Of a stretch of DNA of 64,000 nt, positions 38,869 through 47,920 are shown one piece after another. Position 1 is the stretch's first letter, and each line of letters starts with the position of its first letter. The position numbers and the translations under genes are program-made. The notes beneath the pieces are model-generated. The model searched no databases. It saw only the letters and a list, made by a program, of their open reading frames with translations, and was not told the origin of the DNA. The stretch is from Candidatus Multivorans sp. (lineage in GTDB: Bacteria > Acidobacteriota > Thermoanaerobaculia > Multivoradales > Multivoraceae), in contig OZ245033.1 in NCBI GenBank assembly GCA_965224025.1, positions 2,816,001 to 2,880,000 of the forward strand, read 5' to 3'.

Positions 38869-39023
38869 GTCGGCAAGCAGCCAGGAGCAACCACCGGCGT
38901 ACTGTGCTTCGAGCACCTGGCTGGGACCCGTGCCCTGGCTGCTTCGCCGCGTTGGACGCCCAGTGGAGAGTCAGTGCCTTAGAGCACCAGTACAGGTACG
39001 GGCAGGCAACGCGGCATGCCGAC
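38869..39023 (+). ncRNA. IS110 bridge RNA core (target-binding loop + donor-binding loop); the transcript probably starts near 38672
   Basis: Closing stem 38869-38875/39017-39023; stem 38876-38885/38934-38943 encloses guides matching the target; stem 38946-38954/39007-39015 encloses guides matching the element junction. Each arm has a GTGC...GCAC apical hairpin. Confidence 0.85.
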
Positions 39024-39058
39024 CAGGCAACACTACCGCAAGGGAGAAGGAGGACGAG

Positions 39059-40312
39059 ATGACCAGGACGTGGTTCGTCGGCGTGGACTGGGGGTCCGAG
39101 ACCCACCACGTGTGTGTGCTGGATCGGGACGGCAAGGTGAGGGGGGAGCGGGCGTTCGACCACAGCGGCAAGGGACTTGCCGCCATGGCCGACTGGCTCC
39201 TTGGACATACCCGACCGACGTCTCCGGACGAGATCGGCGTCGCCATCGAGGTGCCGCACGGACCGGTGGTCGAGACTCTCCTGGAGCGGGGCTTCGCCGT
39301 GCATTCGATCAACCCCAAGCAGCTCGACCGCTTCAGGGACCGCTTCTCCGTCGCCGGCGCCAAGGATGACCGCCGCGATGCACGGGCGCTCGCCGCCGCG
39401 CTTCGCACCGACCCCGAGTGCCTGAACCGCGTGCAACCATCCGATGCAGCCATCGTGATGCTGCGCGAGGTGTCCCGCGGCCGCAAGCAGTTGGTCGGCC
39501 AGAAGAACCGCCTGGAGAACCAGGTCCGCGACCAGCTCTGGCGCTACTACCCGCAGTTTCTCGCCGTGGTCAAGAACGAGGTGTCGGCGCCCTTCGCGCT
39601 GGCCTTGTGGCGACTGGCGCCGACCCCCGACAAGGCTCGACGGCTGCGCGAAGACACGCTCGCCAAACTGCTCAAGGAACACCGCATCCGGCGCCTGACT
39701 GCCGCCCAACTGCGCGATCAACTGCGGGCCGAGCCGATCGCCGTTTCCCCGGACACCGTTAAGGCCGCCGTCGAACACATAGGACTCCTCCGGCCGGTGC
39801 TCGACACCGTCTGCCGCCAACTCGCCGACGCCGAAAGGCGGCTGGAGCGGATGACCCGCGCACTCGAAGCCGACCTCTCCCGGGAAAACGACGACGACAC
39901 GCCCAAGCCGAGCGACGCCGCCATCCTCAGGTCGCTGCCCGGACTCGGCAAGGTCGGCCTCGCCACCCTGCTCTCCGAGGCCGATCAAAGCCTGGGCCGC
40001 AGAGACTACGAGGCACTGCGTTGCCTCTGCGGAGTGGCGCCGGTGACCGTCAAGTCCGGCAAGAAGCTCATCGTCATGCGACGACTCGCCGCCAACGAAC
40101 ACCTCAGCGACGCCGTCTATCACTGGGGACGAGTCGCCATCCAGCACGACCCGATCAGCCGCGCCAAGTACGACGCCATGAAAGCCGAAGGCAAGACACA
40201 CGGACGAGCCATCAGACAACTCGTCGATCGACTCCTCGGCGTCGCCTGCGCCATGCTCCGAGACCGCACTCTCTTCGACCCCAACAAGAGAAGCCATGCC
40301 CAGGTCGCATGA
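39059..40312 (+). CDS. IS110-family DEDD recombinase/transposase
   Basis: VGVDWGSETH (D), IEVPHG (E), KDDRRDA (DD), SLPGLG, GVAPVTVKSGK (Tnp-domain Ser). GGAGG RBS before ATG 39059. Confidence 0.95.
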   Translation: MTRTWFVGVDWGSETHHVCVLDRDGKVRGERAFDHSGKGLAAMADWLLGHTRPTSPDEIGVAIEVPHGPVVETLLERGFAVHSINPKQLDRFRDRFSVAGAKDDRRDARALAAALRTDPECLNRVQPSDAAIVMLREVSRGRKQLVGQKNRLENQVRDQLWRYYPQFLAVVKNEVSAPFALALWRLAPTPDKARRLREDTLAKLLKEHRIRRLTAAQLRDQLRAEPIAVSPDTVKAAVEHIGLLRPVLDTVCRQLADAERRLERMTRALEADLSRENDDDTPKPSDAAILRSLPGLGKVGLATLLSEADQSLGRRDYEALRCLCGVAPVTVKSGKKLIVMRRLAANEHLSDAVYHWGRVAIQHDPISRAKYDAMKAEGKTHGRAIRQLVDRLLGVACAMLRDRTLFDPNKRSHAQVA

Positions 40313-40441
40313 CCTGCCTGACCCGCAGCAACCTCCCCAAAACACACTTGCTAAAGGGTGGAGAGTCCCAGTCACGCTGGCGGACTGGTCCTGCCGCCCC
40401 CTCCGCTCTCTGGTCAGGCGGGTGCGTCCGCACGGCCGTCG

Positions 40442-41806
40442 TTACTCGATGTGGGTGCTGTACAGGTAGTCGTTGAGGATGCTCTCGAGCTCCTCCTGGC
40501 GGCCGCTGATCTTCGGCGGTTCGCCGAGTCGTCCGGCCCAGTCCTCGAGTTCCTCGAGGGTGGTCTCGCCGGCCAGGAGCTTGCGGCCGAGGCCGCGGCG
40601 GTAGCCGGCGTAGCGCTGCCGAATCCGCTTGCCGGCGAGGCCGAGGACGCCGTCCTTCCGGATGCGGTCGACGATCAGGAGCGCCTTGGCGAAGACGTCC
40701 ATCGACGCGATGTGGGCGTAGAACAGGTCAACGGTGTCAAAGGAGCCGCGACGGACCTTGGCGTCGAAGTTCAGGCCGCCCCAGCGCAGGCCGCCCTGGC
40801 CCTGGATGATGAGCAGGGCCAGGACGCATTCGCGGAGGCTCATGGCGAAGTTGTCCGTGTCCCAGCCGACGCCTTCCAGACCGCGGTTGATGTCGACGCT
40901 GCCGAGCATTCCGGCGCCCGCCGCGGTCGCCAGCTCGTGTTCGAAGGAGTGGGTGGCGAGCGTCGCGTGATTCGCCTCGACGTTGAGCAGGAAGTCGTCT
41001 GTCAGCTCGAACTCGCGCAGGAAGTTCAGGCAGTGCCCGCAGTCGAAATCGTACTGGTGGATGGAGGGTTCCTTCGCCTTGGGTTCGAGGAAGAACCTGC
41101 CCTTGAAGCCATGGCGCCGGGCGTAGTCGACGGCGAGCCGGAGGAAGGCGGCCAGTTGCTCGCGTTCGCGGCGCATGTCCGTGTTGATCAGCGAGGTGTA
41201 GCCCTCTCGGCCGCCCCAGAACACGTATCCGGCGCCGCCGAGTTCGATCGTGGCGTCGATGGCGCGCCGGACCTGGGCGGCCGCGTGGGCGAAGACCCGG
41301 GGATCCGGGTTCGTCGCCGCGCCGTGGGTGTAGCGCGGGTGGCCGAACAGGTTCGCCGTGCCCCAGAGCAGCTTGACGCCGGTCTCGCGCTGCCGGATTC
41401 GCGCCAGTTGGACGATCTCCTCCAGGTACTCGTTGCTCTCGGCGACAGAGCGGCCTTCGGGCGCGATGTCCCGGTCGTGGAAGCAGTAGTAGCGCACGCC
41501 GAGCTTGGTGAAGAACTCGAACGCGGCGTTGAGCGTCCGCTGGGCGACCTCGATCGGTGTCGACGCGTGGCTCCAGGGGCGGTCGTACACGGGATCCGGT
41601 CCGAACGGGTCCTGGCCGCCGCCCTTCAAGGTGTGCCAGTAGGCGACCGCGAACTTGAGTTGCCGCTCCATCGTGGAGCGGCCGACCTTCCGCGTGCGGT
41701 CGTAGTACTTGAACGCGAGCGGGTCGCGGCTGTCGGGGCCTTGGAAAGGGATCGCCGTCTGGATCTCCGGGAAGAACGGCTCGACTTGGGGGAAGAAGGG
41801 CGTCAT
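40442..41806 (-). CDS. xylA: Xylose isomerase (class II)
   Basis: FAVAYWHT, FHDRD, WGTANLF, VFWGGREGY, EPKAKEP, HQYDFD, NVEANHA, GWDTD, GGLNFDAKVRR. Start trimmed to ATG 41806. Confidence 0.95.
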   Translation of the reverse strand: MTPFFPQVEPFFPEIQTAIPFQGPDSRDPLAFKYYDRTRKVGRSTMERQLKFAVAYWHTLKGGGQDPFGPDPVYDRPWSHASTPIEVAQRTLNAAFEFFTKLGVRYYCFHDRDIAPEGRSVAESNEYLEEIVQLARIRQRETGVKLLWGTANLFGHPRYTHGAATNPDPRVFAHAAAQVRRAIDATIELGGAGYVFWGGREGYTSLINTDMRREREQLAAFLRLAVDYARRHGFKGRFFLEPKAKEPSIHQYDFDCGHCLNFLREFELTDDFLLNVEANHATLATHSFEHELATAAGAGMLGSVDINRGLEGVGWDTDNFAMSLRECVLALLIIQGQGGLRWGGLNFDAKVRRGSFDTVDLFYAHIASMDVFAKALLIVDRIRKDGVLGLAGKRIRQRYAGYRRGLGRKLLAGETTLEELEDWAGRLGEPPKISGRQEELESILNDYLYSTHIE

Positions 41807-41832
41807 AGGGCAGCCTCCTCTGGCCGACCGCG

Positions 41833-42828
41833 TCAGTTGTCCTCGAACGCGGCGTCGAAGGCGATCGCCGAGGGCGAGAAGTCGAGCGCCCTCACGAAGT
41901 CGGCCGCTTCGGCGGCGCCGTGCTCGCGGTCCATGCCCGAATCCTCCCATTCGACAGAGAGCGGGCCGTGGTACCCGATGTCGTTCAGCGCCCGGATGAT
42001 CTCCTCGAAGTCCACCGAGCCGCGGCCGGGCGAGCGGAAGTCCCAGAACCGGCGGTGATCGCCGAAGTTCGTGTGGCCGCCGAAGACGCCGCAGGGCGTG
42101 GGCTGGTCGGACCACCAGGCGTCCTTGATGTGGACGTGAAAGATGCGTTCGTGGAAGCGGCGGACGAAGTCCACGTAGTCGACGCCCTGATAGCCGAGAT
42201 GGCTCGGATCGTAGTTGAAGCCGAACGCGGGATGCCCGTCCACGGCTTCGATGGCGCGTTCGGCGCTGACCGTGTCGAAGGCGATCTCGGTCGGATGGAC
42301 TTCAAGGCCAAACCGGACCCCGAGCTCCTGGTACGCGTCGAGGATCGGAGTCCAGCGGGCGGCGAAGTCGGCGAAGCCGTCGTCGATCATGGCGGGCGGC
42401 ACCGGCGGGAAGGAGTAGAGCAGGTGCCAGATCGAACTGCCGACGAAGCCGTTCACGACCGAGAGCCCCAGCGCCCTGGCCGCTTCGCCGGTGCGGATCA
42501 TCTCGTCGGCGGCCCGCTTCCGCACCTCTTCCGGATCGCCGTTGCCCCACACGCGCGGCGGCAGGATCGCTTCGTGCCGGGCGTCGATCCTGTCGCAGAC
42601 GGCCTGACCGACCAGGTGGTTGCTGATCGCGAACAGTTTCAGGCCGTGCTCTTCGAGCAGTTCCCGGCGCGAGGCCGCGTAGGCGTCAGAGCACAGGTCG
42701 ACCTCCACGTGATCGCCCCAGCAGGCGAGTTCGGCGCCGTCGTAGCCGAAGTCGCGGACGAGCGGGCAGAGATCGGCGACGGGCAGGTCGGCCCACTGGC
42801 CGGTGAACAGGGTAACGGGTCGGGCCAC
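41833..42828 (-). CDS. Sugar phosphate isomerase/epimerase (AP endonuclease 2 TIM-barrel)
   Basis: [49 protein letters not shown]. Confidence 0.9.
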   Translation of the reverse strand: MARPVTLFTGQWADLPVADLCPLVRDFGYDGAELACWGDHVEVDLCSDAYAASRRELLEEHGLKLFAISNHLVGQAVCDRIDARHEAILPPRVWGNGDPEEVRKRAADEMIRTGEAARALGLSVVNGFVGSSIWHLLYSFPPVPPAMIDDGFADFAARWTPILDAYQELGVRFGLEVHPTEIAFDTVSAERAIEAVDGHPAFGFNYDPSHLGYQGVDYVDFVRRFHERIFHVHIKDAWWSDQPTPCGVFGGHTNFGDHRRFWDFRSPGRGSVDFEEIIRALNDIGYHGPLSVEWEDSGMDREHGAAEAADFVRALDFSPSAIAFDAAFEDN

Positions 42829-42888
42829 GGTGCGTCTCCTACTGGTTGCTGCCTTCTTTCGTTGGGGTGTGGCGCTTGTGTGCCGCGG

Positions 42889-44046
42889 TCAGGCGGGCAT
42901 CCCGAGCCACTTCTGGTCGCTCTCGCTGCTGGCGACGACCGTCTCGATGAACTGCATCCCGCGCAGGCCGTCGTGGACGGTGGGGAAGTCGAGCATGGTT
43001 TCGCCGGGCTCGACGTCGCGCCGCCGGCAGTCGAGCGTCCGGGCGAAGTTCCGGTACAGGTTGGCGAAGGCCTCAAGGAACCCCTCGGGGTGTCCGGCCG
43101 GCAGCCTGGTATGCGCCGCGGCGTCCTCACACAGTCCCTGGCCGGAGGTGCGGAGGATCTCGCGAGGCCGGTCGAGCCACATGAGGAGCAGCGTGTTCGG
43201 CTCTTCGTGGCGCCACTCCAGGCCGCCCGTTTGGCCGTAGACGCGGATCGCCAGCGCGTTCTCCTCGTCGATCGAGATCTGGGAGGCGTAGAGCACGCCG
43301 CGGGCGCCGTTGTCGAAGCGCAGGAGCACGTTGCCGTCGTCCTCCAGCGGCCGGCCGTCGACGAACGTGGTCAGGTCGGCGCACAGCGACTCGATCCGCA
43401 GCCCGGTGATCGCTTCGGCGAGGTTCTCGGCGTGGGTGCCGATGTCGCCGATGCAGCAACTGATGCCGGCGCGCTCCGGGTCCGTTCGCCAGTCCGCCTG
43501 CTTCTGCCCCTCCGCTTCGAGCCGCGTGGCGAGCCAGCCCTGCGGATACTCGACGACGATCTTGCGTATCTCGCCGAGCTGGCCGCTGCGGACCCGGTGC
43601 CGGGCCTCCTTGACCATCGGGTAGCCGGTGTAGTTGTGGGTCAGCCCGAAGACGAGACCGGTCCGCTCGACGAGCTCGACCAGCGCTTCCGCCTCGGCGG
43701 CCGACTTCGTCATCGGCTTGTCGCTCATCACGTGGAAGCCGGCTTCGAGCGCGGCTTTCGCAACCGGGAAGTGCATGTGATTCGGGGTCACGATGGAGAC
43801 GAAGTCCATCCGTTCGGCCGTGTCGAGGGCGGCTTCGCGCTCCATCATCTTCTGGTACGTGCCGTAGCAGCGTTCCGGTGGCAGGAAGAGCTCGGCGCCC
43901 GAGGCCCTGGAGCGTTCGGGATCCGAGCTGAAGGCGCCACAGACGAGTTCGATCAGGCCATCGAGGCCCGCCGCCATGCGGTGGACGGCGCCGATGAAGG
44001 CGCCCTGGCCGCCGCCGACCATGCCCATGCGGATCTTCCGTTCCAT
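42889..44046 (-). CDS. Gfo/Idh/MocA family oxidoreductase
   Basis: [33 protein letters not shown]. Confidence 0.92.
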   Translation of the reverse strand: MERKIRMGMVGGGQGAFIGAVHRMAAGLDGLIELVCGAFSSDPERSRASGAELFLPPERCYGTYQKMMEREAALDTAERMDFVSIVTPNHMHFPVAKAALEAGFHVMSDKPMTKSAAEAEALVELVERTGLVFGLTHNYTGYPMVKEARHRVRSGQLGEIRKIVVEYPQGWLATRLEAEGQKQADWRTDPERAGISCCIGDIGTHAENLAEAITGLRIESLCADLTTFVDGRPLEDDGNVLLRFDNGARGVLYASQISIDEENALAIRVYGQTGGLEWRHEEPNTLLLMWLDRPREILRTSGQGLCEDAAAHTRLPAGHPEGFLEAFANLYRNFARTLDCRRRDVEPGETMLDFPTVHDGLRGMQFIETVVASSESDQKWLGMPA

Positions 44047-44104
44047 CGCGCGCTCCCTCGTGGTGCGATCCGGGAGCGTACCGCAAAGGAAGCCGCGCTT
44101 GGCC

Positions 44105-45550
44105 CTACTCGGCAGCCTCCAACCGGGCCCCTTCCTCGATCGCGTACAGCTCCGAGCGGGTCGCCACGTAGAGCACGCCGTCCTTGGCGAGGGGTGTCGT
44201 GTAGACGGCCCCCTCCATGAACACCTCGTTGATCAGGTTCTCCTCGCGACCGGTCGCGAGGATCGCGACTTCGCCGTCCTCGTCGCCGATATAGATCTTG
44301 CCGTCCACGACGAAGGTCGAACCCCAGATCGCGGCGTACGCGTGGTGCATCCACTGGAGTTCGCCGGTCTCCTCGTCGAAGCAGTAGACGTGGCCCGAGA
44401 GGTCGGCGATGTAGACCAGGCCGTCATGCACGGACGCGGTCGACATCGTGCGGTGGAAGTCGTCGCCTCCGACGTGCCAGATCTCGCCCGACTCCGTGAT
44501 GTCGCCGGTTCCGGAGGCGTCGATCTTGTAGAAGTGGCCGGGGCCCTCTCCGTGCTCCGGATCCTGGCCGACGCCGATGTACACGACGTCGTGGTGGAAC
44601 ACGGGCGTGGAGATGATGTTGTTCCGGCTGCCCTTGCCGCCGAGTTCCCACACGGACTCCCTGGGATTCGCGTCGAAGGTCCAGATCAGTTCGCCGGTGT
44701 CCGGCGCGAAGGAGTAGACGACGCCCTCGCCCCCCGGGATGACGATCTGCTCCCGGCCGCCGCCAACACCGGCTGCCGGATTGGACCAGGTCCCGTGGAG
44801 GATCTTTTCCATCGGGTGGGCGCTCTCCCAAACCAGTTCGCCGGTGTGCTTGTTGAGCGCCACGAAGCTCGGACCGAGCGGGGAGGGGATGTTGATGTGC
44901 CCCTCGTCGACGCCCTGGCCGGTGGTCGCGACGACGACGTCGCCGACCACCAGGGGCGAACCGGCGGCGAGATTGTGGGGGAAGACGTCGAGCTCGGCGA
45001 TCGTGTCGTAGATCCAGAGGATGTCGGCGTCCTGTTCGTCGCCGTACTGCTCGTCTTGCAGTCCATCGTTGCCGTCGGCGAAGCCGTCGATATCGACCGC
45101 CACGAACTCCCCCCGGTTGGAGACGTAGTAGGCGACGCCGTCCTCGATGTAGGGGGTTGAGCAGATGCCCTGGAGCGGCCAGTCGTTGACTCGTCCGGCC
45201 GGCAGCTTGTCGTGCGTGGCCTGCCACAGCAGTTCGCCGTCGCTCTCGCGGAAGGCCATCAGAATGCCCTTGTCGCCGACGATGCCGGGCCGGCGTTCGC
45301 CCTCGTTGTTCGTGCCGACGAAGACCTTGCCGTCGTAGATGATGGGCCCGGCATAGGTCTGGGAGCCGAGCTTCTGCTTCCACTTGATGTTCTTGCCGGA
45401 CAGGATGTCCCAGTCCGTCGGGACGCCGGTCTCGGTCGACACCATGTTGCGCGAAGGCGTCAGGCCGAACATGGCCGGCGGATCCTCCGCCAGCGCCGCA
45501 GCGGCGCCGGTCGAGATCAGGAACGCCGCGACAACGGTCCCCTTTGTCAT
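44105..45550 (-). CDS. Secreted PQQ-like (BamB-type) beta-propeller protein
   Basis: Signal peptide; repeated A.D..TG...W blades; SP/STP motifs. Confidence 0.85.
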   Translation of the reverse strand: MTKGTVVAAFLISTGAAAALAEDPPAMFGLTPSRNMVSTETGVPTDWDILSGKNIKWKQKLGSQTYAGPIIYDGKVFVGTNNEGERRPGIVGDKGILMAFRESDGELLWQATHDKLPAGRVNDWPLQGICSTPYIEDGVAYYVSNRGEFVAVDIDGFADGNDGLQDEQYGDEQDADILWIYDTIAELDVFPHNLAAGSPLVVGDVVVATTGQGVDEGHINIPSPLGPSFVALNKHTGELVWESAHPMEKILHGTWSNPAAGVGGGREQIVIPGGEGVVYSFAPDTGELIWTFDANPRESVWELGGKGSRNNIISTPVFHHDVVYIGVGQDPEHGEGPGHFYKIDASGTGDITESGEIWHVGGDDFHRTMSTASVHDGLVYIADLSGHVYCFDEETGELQWMHHAYAAIWGSTFVVDGKIYIGDEDGEVAILATGREENLINEVFMEGAVYTTPLAKDGVLYVATRSELYAIEEGARLEAAE

Positions 45551-45619
45551 GCTCTGCTCCTCGGGTTCAGTGGATCGTCTTGCCCTCTCTGGCTAGCCCA
45601 TCGATTGCACTTCGAGTGC

Positions 45620-47800
45620 TCAGTTGCTGGTGATGCGAACGTTGTCGTAGGAGACGGCGGACGGCGAATAGCCGAGCAGGCCCGGCGAACCGTTTCGGAT
45701 CGGGTGGGGGTCCTCGGCCGTGATCGTCCACTCGGCCGGTTCCTCTTCGTCGCGGGGCCACACCTTGCCGCGGATCGTCGCCGTATCGCCCTCTGCTTCC
45801 ACCTGCAGTTTCATGGTGTACCAACGATCCATCTCGAACGCGTAGTCGACCTTCTGCTCAACGCGTAGCTCGGCGGACCAGGAGCGGATCTGGAGGCGTT
45901 GGTGGATGCCCATCATGTCGAGGATGTAGCCGCTGTTGATCAAGCCTGAGTCGGACTTGCGGCGGCCCTTCTGCGAGTTGCGCACGTCGGCCTGGATCGT
46001 GTAGTTGCCGAGCGAGGGTGGGCCGAGAAGAAGCGGCGAGCGCAGCAGGCCACGCTCCGCGACCGGCTTGACCAGGGTGCTTTCGCCGCCTTCTTCCGCG
46101 ATGTCGTAGCGGCCGCCGCCGATCCAGTAGCCGCGCTTGCCGGCGGAGAAGTCCTCAGTCCAGGGCAGGGGCGGGAAGACCCGGATGCGGGCCTCGGCGG
46201 TGAGGTCGCCGCTGGTCGCGACCAGCGCGCCGGCCTGGAAGCCCGAGTCGTCGGCGAAGCGGAGGGCGCCGCCCGCAACCTCCGCCTCGAGCCCCTGGAG
46301 CGACCAGTCGGCTTCCACCGCGCCGAGCGGCCGGCCGAGAGCGTCGTAGGCGAAGACCTCGAAGTCGTGACTTTCGCCGGGATTGGCCCTGATCTCGGCG
46401 GGCGCCACGAGCAGTGTCGCCGGCGGTCCTTCGGGCTCGCCCTCGTCGCCGCGGCTCGGAAGTGGGGAGGCCGCGACCTCGAACGGCGCGTCCTTGTCGC
46501 CCAGGCAGTAGACGCCTTCCTCGGTCGTGAAGTAGATGCGGCCGTAGGCGATCGCCGCCGAGCCGTAGAGCTCCGCGTACCGGCCGTCCGGAACCTTCAG
46601 TTGGTGCCGGGCGAGGATCTCGGCGCTCGTGTCTCCGGGCCGGATGATCGCGAAGTGACCGTTCGTCTCGCCGGCGTAGATCTTGCCGTCGGCCCACACG
46701 GGCGACGCCTTGCCGACCGTGCCGATGCTGAGTTCCCAATAGACCTCGCCGGTGTCCGTATCCACCGCGGCCAGGTTGCCGGAGTTGTTCACGACGTAGA
46801 GGCGGCCGTCGTGCAGCGCCGGCGACGGGAAACCGGCCTTGTTGCGGTTCCACCGCCACAGTTCGCCGGTCTTCGTGAGGTCGCCGCTGCCCGTGCCGTC
46901 GATTGCGATGACGCGGCCGAGGGTGCCTTCGTCGATGTTCTCCTCGCTGTGGGAGATGAAGACTCTGCCCTGGTCGTCGACCACGGGCGAGGAGTTGATG
47001 CCCCGTTTCGAGAGATTGAACTCCCAGACCTTTTTGCCGGTGCGGGCTTGCAGCGCGTAGATGCGCCCATCCGCGTTGCCGGCGATCAAGAGTCTCTGAC
47101 CGTTGATCACGGTCACGATCGGGACCGATTGCGTGTTCCGGTCGTAGACGGCGCCGCCCGGCGTCGACATCCACTGCACCGCGCCGGTCCGCTTGTCGAA
47201 TGCGTAGTAGCGGTGGCGAGGCGGGCCCTGGGCGCCCCAGCTCCCGTTGTTCATGTTGACGATGATCAGATCCTCGTCGATCACCGGGGAAGCGGTCCTG
47301 CCGCCGTAGCCCTCGAACCGTCCGTGCTCTTCCTTGAGGGAGCGCGACCAGACGAGATTGCCGTCGCTGTCGTGGCAGAGGAAGAGCCCGCTGACCAACT
47401 GGGCGTAGACGTAGCCGGTCTCGGGATCGCCGGTGAGGGAAGCCCATCCGACCCGGTTGAGCGCCACCGTGGTCAGGTAGAGGTTGTACCGGCGCTCCCA
47501 GATGGGCTCGCCGGTGCCGGCGTCGAACGCCGCGACGACCGCCTGCTCGTGGATTCCCGAGCCGGCGCGCCCGTTGACGAACACGCGCCCGCCCATCACG
47601 ACCGGCGTCGAGCGGGCGACGAAGTTTTGGCGCCAGATCAGGTTCTCGCCCTCCGGGCTCCAGGTGTCGATCAGGGCGGTCTGGGGCGAATAGCCGTTCT
47701 GGTACGGGCCGCGCCAGGAGGACCACTCCTCGGCCGGCAGCGATGCGGCGGCCAGCGCCAGAACGAGCAGGAATGAACAGGACGTTGGGCGGTTCCTCAT
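45620..47800 (-). CDS. Secreted PQQ-like beta-propeller protein with C-terminal beta-sandwich domain
   Basis: EWSSWRGP after the signal peptide; repeated D..TG..W blades; C-terminal WYTMKLQVE...GKVWPRD. Start trimmed to ATG 47800. Confidence 0.85.
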   Translation of the reverse strand: MRNRPTSCSFLLVLALAAASLPAEEWSSWRGPYQNGYSPQTALIDTWSPEGENLIWRQNFVARSTPVVMGGRVFVNGRAGSGIHEQAVVAAFDAGTGEPIWERRYNLYLTTVALNRVGWASLTGDPETGYVYAQLVSGLFLCHDSDGNLVWSRSLKEEHGRFEGYGGRTASPVIDEDLIIVNMNNGSWGAQGPPRHRYYAFDKRTGAVQWMSTPGGAVYDRNTQSVPIVTVINGQRLLIAGNADGRIYALQARTGKKVWEFNLSKRGINSSPVVDDQGRVFISHSEENIDEGTLGRVIAIDGTGSGDLTKTGELWRWNRNKAGFPSPALHDGRLYVVNNSGNLAAVDTDTGEVYWELSIGTVGKASPVWADGKIYAGETNGHFAIIRPGDTSAEILARHQLKVPDGRYAELYGSAAIAYGRIYFTTEEGVYCLGDKDAPFEVAASPLPSRGDEGEPEGPPATLLVAPAEIRANPGESHDFEVFAYDALGRPLGAVEADWSLQGLEAEVAGGALRFADDSGFQAGALVATSGDLTAEARIRVFPPLPWTEDFSAGKRGYWIGGGRYDIAEEGGESTLVKPVAERGLLRSPLLLGPPSLGNYTIQADVRNSQKGRRKSDSGLINSGYILDMMGIHQRLQIRSWSAELRVEQKVDYAFEMDRWYTMKLQVEAEGDTATIRGKVWPRDEEEPAEWTITAEDPHPIRNGSPGLLGYSPSAVSYDNVRITSN

Positions 47801-47920
47801 CTCGGCTCCTTGCCAGGGTGTCGGGAAGCGGGCAGCGGCCCGCACGCGGCGCTCATTCTAGGCAGATTCGCCCCGGACCCGCTCTCGCGTCGGGTGTTCG
47901 TGCTTCCGCGGACGGTGGCT

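Larger units (their letters stand above)
38657..40368 (+). mobile_element. IS110-family element bounded by CC core dinucleotides, inserted in a REP unit
   Basis: CC at 38657-38658 and 40367-40368. Removing the element restores GGCGCACCCAGT, the reverse complement of 36918-36929 in the intact REP. No terminal inverted repeats. Confidence 0.88.

Noticed and set aside
38629-38916. N-terminal extension of xylulokinase in the ORF track
   Set aside because: It runs through the REP and the IS110 left end, so it cannot belong to the original gene.
38750-39058. 103-aa N-terminal extension of the IS110 transposase in the ORF track
   Set aside because: The DEDD domain starts right after ATG 39059, which has a GGAGG RBS. 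The upstream region is better explained as structured bridge RNA.
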